Below are positions 43,918-50,295 of a DNA stretch of 50,295 nt, piece by piece; positions within the stretch are counted from its first letter, which is position 1; each line of letters begins with the position of its first letter. The stretch covers positions 1 through 50,295 of IMG/VR virus record IMGVR_UViG_3300042673_002653; one strand, given 5' to 3'. A program made the position numbers and the translations under genes. The stretch comes from a virus (lineage: Duplodnaviria > Caudoviricetes). A model generated the notes under the pieces. The model was given only the letters and a program-made list of their open reading frames with translations. It made no database searches and was not told the origin of the DNA.

Positions 43918-45110
43918 CCATTTTCCCGAGCGTTGAAGGGCACGACCTGGCCAGCGCGTCCCATGCAGAAGTCCGCCCACGCCGTCATCAGGAGGCGGCG
44001 CTTCTCGAACGACCGGCTGCGGCGGTAGGCCTGCTCGGTCGCATCGCCGACGCGGTGCGCAAGGGCTTCCTCGATGGTCTCGCGAGCGAAGTTCGTGCAG
44101 TCGCCGGCCCAATCGCGGAAGGTCGAGCGGAAGCCGTGAACGGTCGCGTCGGAGATGCCTGCAAGGCGAATGACCTTCGTTACCGATACGTCGCTCAGCA
44201 CGGCGCCAGTCGGGCCCGGAAAGATCAGGCCGGTTCGAAGATCGCGCGGGGTCTGGTTGAGGATGTCCTCCATGTCCGGCGTGAGCGGGACGCGGTGCTC
44301 CTCCTTCGCCTTCATCCTCTGCGCTGGGATGACCCAGACGGTTCCGTTGATCTCCGACCATGCGGCCCCCCTGCCCTCGCCGGATCGCCCAGCCGCCAAG
44401 ATCGTGAACAGCAGCGCCTTGGCGGATGCGCTGGACTTGGTCTTCAATAGAGACACGAAGGCCGGAAGATCCTTGTACGGCATCGCCGCGAAGTGGCCCT
44501 TGGTCTGCTTCTCCCGTGAGAGCAGTTCGGAGAGATGATCGTCCCAGCGCGCGGGGTTTTCGCCTGACCGATGGCCCTGAACCTTCGCCGCGCTCAGCAC
44601 CCGCTCTATCCGACCCCGCAGTCGTTGCGCTGTCTCGCGCTTGGTCGACCAGATCGGCCTGAGCGCTTCGAGGACCATTTCCGTGTCGACCGCAGACACG
44701 TCAGCCTTCCATATCTTCGCCGCGTGCTGGGTGAGCGAGGCCTCCCACTGAGGGCGCTGCTTCGGCGACTTCCAGCCCTTCTCCAGCTCATCCAGCAAGC
44801 CACTGGCGACCTTCTCGAAGGTCGTTGACGTGACGGGCCTGCGGACTTCCCGACGGGCCGCTATGGGGTCGATGCCGTCCGCCACCATGGACCGCGCCTC
44901 GCCTGCTGCCCTTCGCGCGTCGGCAAGGGGCCGGCTGATGCTGCCCAGCCCCATCTCTCGACGGCGGCCATGCAGGAAGAAAATCAGCACCCAGCTCCGG
45001 CCCCCAGCCTGATCAACGCGCAGATACAGCCCGTCCCCGTCGGCGTGCATGCCGGGGGTGGTGATGGCCTGGGCCTTCAGGTGCGTGAGACGTTTGGTGA
45101 TCTTGGGCAT
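43914..45110 (-). CDS. int: Tyrosine integrase (P4-like, with arm-binding domain)
   Basis: DGDGLYLRV arm domain; R(SGE), K, HGFRSTFRDW, ALAH and Y catalytic residues. Confidence 0.95.
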   Translation of the reverse strand: MPKITKRLTHLKAQAITTPGMHADGDGLYLRVDQAGGRSWVLIFFLHGRRREMGLGSISRPLADARRAAGEARSMVADGIDPIAARREVRRPVTSTTFEKVASGLLDELEKGWKSPKQRPQWEASLTQHAAKIWKADVSAVDTEMVLEALRPIWSTKRETAQRLRGRIERVLSAAKVQGHRSGENPARWDDHLSELLSREKQTKGHFAAMPYKDLPAFVSLLKTKSSASAKALLFTILAAGRSGEGRGAAWSEINGTVWVIPAQRMKAKEEHRVPLTPDMEDILNQTPRDLRTGLIFPGPTGAVLSDVSVTKVIRLAGISDATVHGFRSTFRDWAGDCTNFARETIEEALAHRVGDATEQAYRRSRSFEKRRLLMTAWADFCMGRAGQVVPFNARENG

Positions 45111-45115
45111 GACGT

Positions 45116-45130
45116 GAACAGATGCAGAAC
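45116..45130 (-). promoter_or_regulatory. Alphaproteobacterial LexA box upstream of int
   Basis: GTTC-TGCATCT-GTTC on the minus strand, 5 nt before the int ATG, overlapping a TATGTT -10-like box. Confidence 0.75.
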
Positions 45131-45156
45131 ATACACCTACGTCATCGGCGGTCGCC

Positions 45157-45176
45157 TCCCTAAGTCATTCCCTAAG
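45157..45176. repeat. Candidate integrase arm-type sites
   Basis: TCCCTAAG direct repeat at 45157 and 45169, between int and the att core. Confidence 0.45.
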
Positions 45177-45297
45177 GACGCGATGCGGCTGGCGGCGAAG
45201 GCCAGCGAAGTTCAGCGCAGACAAGCCCCGCCACACAAGGCTTTGGCCGGGTTTCCTGTGGATGCCCGCGAAGGCCAGCGAAGGCGTGTTTGGCGGT

Positions 45298-45311
45298 CTC
45301 CGTCTCCGCCA
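45298..45311 (+). other. Putative attR core (tRNA-Ser 3' end)
   Basis: CTCCGTCTCCGCCA resembles the T-stem/acceptor/CCA end of a tRNA-Ser with a GGAGACG acceptor; lies 190 bp from int. Confidence 0.6.
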
Positions 45312-45625
45312 CCGCCTTTGCAGGTACGGCTCCTGCTCCCAAATCGCTGATTATTATCGCGACTTTCCCGCGTCTTCGCGACTCCAACCGTCCTAAACGA
45401 GCGCCTAAGTCCCGCTGAACTCGCCCGTTTCGGGCGCATTCTGATCGCCTGTCTCCAAGGCCACCGGGAACAGTACGGTTTGCCTGTTTTCCCTGATATC
45501 GCCGCAAATCCCGTGCGCGATTCTTTCGGCTCTCAGCCGCCGGCCAAGCTCAGCCCGTGTTTCAGATGGCAAACCAGCCACTTAGGCCGCCGCGACTCCT
45601 ACGGCTCTTCGGCAGATCGTGTTTT

Positions 45626-45661
45626 GCTCAGGGAACTGCTGAGGGAATAGCTCAGGGAATT
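45626..45661 (+). repeat. Three 12-bp GCTSAGGGAA repeats
   Basis: GCTCAGGGAACT GCTGAGGGAATA GCTCAGGGAATT. Confidence 0.7.
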
Positions 45662-45683
45662 GCCATCGCCAGAACAGGGATGA

Positions 45684-47303
45684 TCAGCGCGAAAACAGCG
45701 AACGCTGCGCATCCCAGCTCAGCGGCAAGTCGGTGGCGCGAAGGGTGCTCAGCGTCATGCGCGGGCCCTGTCGACCGTCGAGGATCGCGCGCTGCAGATC
45801 GGGCGCCAGGAACGCCAGGGCGAGCAGCCGGCGATCGTATTGAGTATCGTGTTTGATGCCGACGGAGGGATCGGCGCGCCAGGCTCTGAGCCGGGCATGG
45901 GCGGTCTGAAGCGCCCGGATCAGACGGGTATCGTGGCGGGCGGTCAGTTGGCCGGGTTGGCCTTCGGCGGTCAGGAACTCTGTGCGGCCTCCCGACAGCT
46001 TGGGGCTGACGGCGATGGCCAGTTTGATGCGATCGTCGCCATCCTTCCATACCCGCTCGTCGTTCGCCGCGCGCCGCAGCAGTCGTTCCACCGCGCTTTC
46101 CGGATCGAGCGTCCATCCCGGGATCTGATCCGCCGCCAGGGAGATCACCAGGTGGGTCGGGCTGGTATCGACCCTGGCGACCACACCCTGAGGGAAGGCC
46201 GGCACGCCGGGGCAGAGGCGTTCCACCCGGTCGCGGATCAGCGTCTCGAGCGGAACCGCGCTGATCCGGCGAACAGAGTTATCGTCCCGGGCTCCGACCG
46301 ACTGCCCACGCTGGACGGTGCTGCTCACATAGTAGCGATAGCTTCGACCGTGACGGTTGCTGTTGGCCACCGGGCTCATCACGTCGCCATCGGCGTCGAA
46401 CAGGATGCCCTTCAGCGGCGCCGTGGCGGTCTGGGGCTGGCGCTTCGCCCGGGCCTTGGTCCGCGACCGGGCCAGCATCGCCTGGACCGCCTCAAAGGTC
46501 TCGCGGTCGATCAGGGCGGTATGGGCGCCCGGATAGTAGGTCTCGTTGTGCGGGACCTCGCCGAGGTAGAGCCGGTTCTTCAGGAGATGGAACAGAGCGC
46601 CGCGCGTGAAGGCCACCCCGCCGCGCTCACGACCGCTCTGGAAGACCATGTGCTTGGTCACGACGCCGTCGGCCGTCAGGGCCTTCGCCAGGAGATGAAC
46701 CGAGCCGATCTCGAGATAGCGCTGGAAGATGAGACGCACCGTCTCGGCCTCCACCGCGTTGACCACCAAAGCCCGGGTCGTGGGATCGGTCGGCGGGTCG
46801 TATCCGAGCGGCAGGGTTCCCCCCATCCACATCCCCTTCTTCTTGGACGCCGCGATCTTGTCGCGGATCCGCTCGCCGGTGACCTCGCGTTCGAACTGGG
46901 CGAAGGACAGGAGCACGTTCAGCGTCAGCCGGCCCATGGACGAGGTGGTGTTGAACGCCTGGGTCACCGAGACGAAGCTGACGCCCTGGGCATCGAACTG
47001 CTCGACGATACGAGCGAAGTCGCCGAGCGATCGGGTCAGACGGTCCACCTTATAGACGACCACCACATCGATCCTCTTGGCCTTGATCGCCGCCAGCAAA
47101 CGCACCAGCGCCGGCCGCTCCATGGAGCCGCCGGAGAAGCCGCCGTCGTCATAGATCTCCGGCGAGGCGACCCAACCCTCCCCGGCCTGAGAGAGCACAT
47201 AGGCCTCGCAGGCCTCACGTTGAGCATGCAGGCTGTTGAAGGCCTGATCCAGCCCCTCTTCCGAGCTCTTTCTGGTGTAGATGGCGCAGCGGATCGCCTT
47301 CAT
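45684..47303 (-). CDS. Large serine recombinase
   Basis: RCAIYTRKSS, YDDGGFSGG, VYKVDRLTRS, SFAQFERE, recombinase domain, H.ALIDRETF. Confidence 0.95.
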   Translation of the reverse strand: MKAIRCAIYTRKSSEEGLDQAFNSLHAQREACEAYVLSQAGEGWVASPEIYDDGGFSGGSMERPALVRLLAAIKAKRIDVVVVYKVDRLTRSLGDFARIVEQFDAQGVSFVSVTQAFNTTSSMGRLTLNVLLSFAQFEREVTGERIRDKIAASKKKGMWMGGTLPLGYDPPTDPTTRALVVNAVEAETVRLIFQRYLEIGSVHLLAKALTADGVVTKHMVFQSGRERGGVAFTRGALFHLLKNRLYLGEVPHNETYYPGAHTALIDRETFEAVQAMLARSRTKARAKRQPQTATAPLKGILFDADGDVMSPVANSNRHGRSYRYYVSSTVQRGQSVGARDDNSVRRISAVPLETLIRDRVERLCPGVPAFPQGVVARVDTSPTHLVISLAADQIPGWTLDPESAVERLLRRAANDERVWKDGDDRIKLAIAVSPKLSGGRTEFLTAEGQPGQLTARHDTRLIRALQTAHARLRAWRADPSVGIKHDTQYDRRLLALAFLAPDLQRAILDGRQGPRMTLSTLRATDLPLSWDAQRSLFSR

Positions 47304-47704
47304 CGAGTGGGCGCCTCGCCGAGGCCGAAGAAGCGCCAGCCGTTCCATCTGGCGCCAGTGATCCGAGACGCCACCGTCGAGAGCGACCGGTAGGTCTGTC
47401 CCTCATGCCGATAGCCCTCGGCGACCACCTCCACCTCGTGGCGCACGCCCTTCCACTCGCGGCTCAATCGCGAGCCGATCGGCGGCTTGGCCCGGCTTCC
47501 GACCGGCTGGGATCGTCGAAGGGCGTCTCGGGTCGCCCGGTCCAGACCGCCGAAGGCGGCGGCCTGAAGTTCCCAGGCGATCAGTCGTCGCATCAACCCG
47601 ACCGAGCGTGTGCCCGGTCGGGTTCCAAAAGCGGGTCTCCAGACCTTGGCCAGGTCCTCGAGGTCCATGGCGTCCAGGGCCGAAAGCTCGGCGTCCAGGC
47701 TCAT
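47300..47704 (-). CDS. DUF2924 domain protein
   Basis: IAWELQAAAFGGL...GSRLSREWKG...YRSLSTVASRITGARWNGWRFFGL. Confidence 0.9.
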   Translation of the reverse strand: MSLDAELSALDAMDLEDLAKVWRPAFGTRPGTRSVGLMRRLIAWELQAAAFGGLDRATRDALRRSQPVGSRAKPPIGSRLSREWKGVRHEVEVVAEGYRHEGQTYRSLSTVASRITGARWNGWRFFGLGEAPTR

Positions 47705-48075
47705 GCGGCGGCCTCGATGATGCGGTAGACCCGCCCGCCCTCTTCCACTGTCGATGTAATGGACAGGCCATAGGTCTTCTTCAGCGCGCCGGCCAAAGCG
47801 CCGCGAACGGAGTGCCGTTGCCAGCCGGTGGCCTGAACCATGGCGTCGATGCTGGCGCCTTCGGGCCGGCGCAGGAGGCCGACGATGGCCGCCAGGTGCG
47901 AGCCCTCACGCGGCGCTTTTACGGTACTCGCCTCGGACTTCGGGGCGGCGGCCTCTGTCGCGTCCGCAACGACGGCCTCTTGGCCCTTCGGCGTCCGCGA
48001 CCGTCGGGACGTACGGGCGACGCGCGCCGAGCGGGCGCGGGCGGGGGGCTTGGTGAGTTCAGCGGCCTTGGTCAT
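47701..48075 (-). CDS. DUF3489 domain protein
   Basis: LLRRPEGASI...ATGWQRHSVRGALAGALKK..GL...RVYRI. Confidence 0.9.
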   Translation of the reverse strand: MTKAAELTKPPARARSARVARTSRRSRTPKGQEAVVADATEAAAPKSEASTVKAPREGSHLAAIVGLLRRPEGASIDAMVQATGWQRHSVRGALAGALKKTYGLSITSTVEEGGRVYRIIEAAA

Positions 48076-48147
48076 GATCGTCTCCGATGGTTAGCCGCCG
48101 GAATGGCGGCTGTACCGAGACGACCCGGCGACGGCCGGGCGGGATCA

Positions 48148-48387
48148 CTACCGCTCTGGTCGCGCGGGATGTCCAGTCGAATGTCGAGTGAAGGCCTCGG
48201 TGTCGCGCGCGGCGGCGATGGCGGCGCGGACAGCGGCCCTCGCGTCGTCGATCAGTATCAGGACTTCGTCCAAGCGATCGTGTGGCCCGGCTTCGGCGCT
48301 GAGCTCCAACGCGGTCCCCAAGGCCTCGCCGGTCACCTGGTAGAGGCGGATCTGCAGATTGGCGGCGGCGCGTGCGGAAAGGGTCAT
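48148..48387 (-). CDS. Hypothetical protein
   Basis: Helical 79-aa ORF in line with the operon. Confidence 0.5.
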   Translation of the reverse strand: MTLSARAAANLQIRLYQVTGEALGTALELSAEAGPHDRLDEVLILIDDARAAVRAAIAAARDTEAFTRHSTGHPARPER

Positions 48388-48475
48388 GACGCCCACACAG
48401 GCCTGAGCCGCCGGTGCAGTCCAGACGGAACAAGGGCGGCCTCGTGAGGCCGCCCTTTCCTCGTGCATCAAGCGG

Positions 48476-48961
48476 CTACGGCTCCTCCATATCGTTGTCC
48501 TTGAACAGCTGCGCTCGAAGCGCGTCCATCAAGGGCCAGGGCTGTTGGGGCTGCGGACCGCCATAGAGCCTTTCCCATTGCGCCTCGGTCAGGGGCGGAC
48601 GCGCCACCAGGACGCCCGTGCCTTCCAGCTTCGGCGCCGGTTCACGCAGGTGACCGAACTTCGCCTCAAGTGCGAAGAACAGCTTGAGCGCGGTCGGGTC
48701 CCGCCGGGCGACCGCATCGGCGAACCCTTCATAGCCGAGCTCCCTACGCGTGCGGCTGACCCGCTTGCCGTTGAGGCTCACACCCACCTTTTTGGAAAAG
48801 GCCCTTTCATAGTCTGTCACGTCCTTCCCGGGCTTGGCTGCGGATGGTCTGCCGCCGGGGTTGCCCGACTTGCCCTTCTGGAACTGGCTCTTCTTTGGCG
48901 GGTGTTTGTAGCCGACGTAGTCGAGGTCTCCGGGCCTCGGCTTCTTAGCCTCATCGGTCAT
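48476..48961 (-). CDS. DUF5681 domain protein
   Basis: VGYKHPPKKSQFQKGKSGNPGGRP. Confidence 0.88.
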   Translation of the reverse strand: MTDEAKKPRPGDLDYVGYKHPPKKSQFQKGKSGNPGGRPSAAKPGKDVTDYERAFSKKVGVSLNGKRVSRTRRELGYEGFADAVARRDPTALKLFFALEAKFGHLREPAPKLEGTGVLVARPPLTEAQWERLYGGPQPQQPWPLMDALRAQLFKDNDMEEP

Positions 48962-50295
48962 GCCGCCACCTCCGTCGGCTGGGTCTCGGCGACCATGGCT
49001 TCGGCTTCCGCCGCCTCGAATGTCAGGCCGTCCTGGCGAATGGGCTGACGCCCGGTGAGGGCAATCCAACGACGACAGATCGTGTCGCAATAGAGCGGGT
49101 CGATCTCGACCAGCCGGCTGCGCCGCCCCGCCTTGTGAGCCGCGATCAGGGTCGTGCCCGAGCCGCCGAAGGCGTCCAGCACGATCTCGCCACGCCGGCT
49201 GACGTCCAGGATGGCCTCCTTCACCAGGCTGACCGGCTTGACGGTCGGGTGCATGGCGATGGCTTCCATCCGGTCCTTGCCGAAGCCGCTGACGCCCCGG
49301 CAAGCCCAGACGTTGGTACGGCTGCGACCGGTGTCGCCCAGACCGAAGGTGTTGGTGTGGCCGGCCTCGCCCCACTTCAGCGCCAGGATCAGCTCATGCT
49401 GGGAGCGATAGAAGGTCCCCATCGCCCCCACCCCCTTGTCCCACACGATCAGGTTCTTGACCTCGAACCCCGCGGCCTTCGCCGCCGCCTCCAGCGTCGA
49501 GAGGCCTCGCCAGTCCATGCAGGAGAAGGCGATCGCGCCGTCCTTGAACTTGGCGGCCAGGTTGACGTGGACCTGGGTCAGGAAGTCGAGGAACGCCTGC
49601 GGGCTCATCTCGCCAGAGGCCATGGCGAACTCGCGCTGCTTGATCCGACCCGAGCCGCCGACGAACCCCTGGATGGGGACGTTATAGGGCGCGTCTGTGA
49701 AGACCATGTCGGCGACCTCGCCGTCGGGCATCAGGGCATAGAACGTCTCCGGCTGCAGGGCGTCGCCGCAGATCAGGCGGTGGCGGCCGTCCTCCATCGA
49801 CCAGACGTCTCCCGGTCGGCTCACCGCCGTCGCCCGCAGGTCCGGCGTCTCGTCGAGGGCGTCATCCGCGCCTTGGGTCTTCGCCTCGTCGGCCTCCAGG
49901 ACGATGCGGTCGATCTCGGCGAGCTCGAACCCGGTCGTGACCAGTTCGATCGGCTGCTCGCTCAGCACCAAGAGTTCCTCGGCCAAAACGATCGTGTCCC
50001 AGCGACCGTCCTCGGCCAGACGGTTGTCCGCCAGGCGGTAGGCGCGCAGCTGGACGTCGGACAGGTGGGTGACCCGCACCGCCGGCGCCTCGGTCAGCCC
50101 CAGCATCTTCGCCGCCTCGACGCGGGCGACGCCGACGACGATGCGGTTCTCGGCATCGATGACGATGGGGCTGATGAAGCCGTAAACCTTCAGGCTTTCG
50201 GCGATCTTGTTCAGCTGGGTCTTGGTGTGGACCCGCGCATTGCGCGCGGGCGGTATGAGCGCCGCGAGGGGCGTATAGAAGAGTTCGGGTCGCAT
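48958..50295 (-). CDS. ParB-like nuclease domain fused to N4/N6 DNA methyltransferase
   Basis: NARVH..GFISPIVID..RLADNRLAE; HRLICGDA; FTDAPYN; HPTVKP; LDAFGGSGTT. Confidence 0.92.
   Translation of the reverse strand: MRPELFYTPLAALIPPARNARVHTKTQLNKIAESLKVYGFISPIVIDAENRIVVGVARVEAAKMLGLTEAPAVRVTHLSDVQLRAYRLADNRLAEDGRWDTIVLAEELLVLSEQPIELVTTGFELAEIDRIVLEADEAKTQGADDALDETPDLRATAVSRPGDVWSMEDGRHRLICGDALQPETFYALMPDGEVADMVFTDAPYNVPIQGFVGGSGRIKQREFAMASGEMSPQAFLDFLTQVHVNLAAKFKDGAIAFSCMDWRGLSTLEAAAKAAGFEVKNLIVWDKGVGAMGTFYRSQHELILALKWGEAGHTNTFGLGDTGRSRTNVWACRGVSGFGKDRMEAIAMHPTVKPVSLVKEAILDVSRRGEIVLDAFGGSGTTLIAAHKAGRRSRLVEIDPLYCDTICRRWIALTGRQPIRQDGLTFEAAEAEAMVAETQPTEVAA

Larger units (their letters stand above)
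1..45311. mobile_element. Temperate siphovirus prophage (left end outside window)
   Basis: Complete switch, replication, head, tail, lysis and int modules; no obvious frameshifts in essential genes. Confidence 0.93.
45600..50295 (-). mobile_element. Second integrative element (serine recombinase/DUF2924/DUF3489/methylase island), continues beyond window
   Basis: Gene cluster typical of alphaproteobacterial recombinase islands, adjacent to the att-like site. Confidence 0.75.

Overview
Positions 1 to ~45,310 are most of a GC-rich, lambdoid-organised temperate siphovirus prophage. The host is inferred to be a Caulobacteraceae-type alphaproteobacterium, from the GcrA homolog, the GTTC-N7-GTTC LexA box and AAND/AA peptide tails. 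The left end lies outside the window. Left to right, the window holds: the leftward early operon; an immunity region with lipoprotein and secreted-protein morons plus hicB-hicA; a cI/cro switch with five CTTAC-N5-GTAAG operators; and the rightward early operon (HNH-AP2, CII-like, GapR-like, RusA, GcrA, LexA-like HTH, MT-A70 methylase, DnaB, initiator, nucleotidase, Q-like). These are followed by the late promoter/terminator and tRNA-Trp, head genes (terminase, DUF1073 portal, DUF2213, DUF2184 capsid), tail genes, a split lysis module, and a P4-type integrase next to a tRNA-Ser 3'-end att core. From ~45,600 to the end is a second element (serine recombinase, DUF2924, DUF3489, DUF5681, ParB-methylase). 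Five observations stand out. (1) Three divergent free-standing HNH/His-Cys-HTH endonuclease genes share a promoter plus two-hairpin RNA leader (hairpin-TAACC/TAGCC-RBS hairpin-ATG), with compensatory base changes between two copies. (2) Many early proteins carry genetically encoded tmRNA-tag mimics (xAND...AA/VA-COOH). (3) A LexA box overlaps the integrase promoter while CI lacks an autocleavage domain. (4) Clustered GANTC/GcrA-type sites lie beside PL in a phage that encodes GcrA. (5) There is a putative GapR-RMF fusion protein. Family names come from motif recognition by eye, not database searches.
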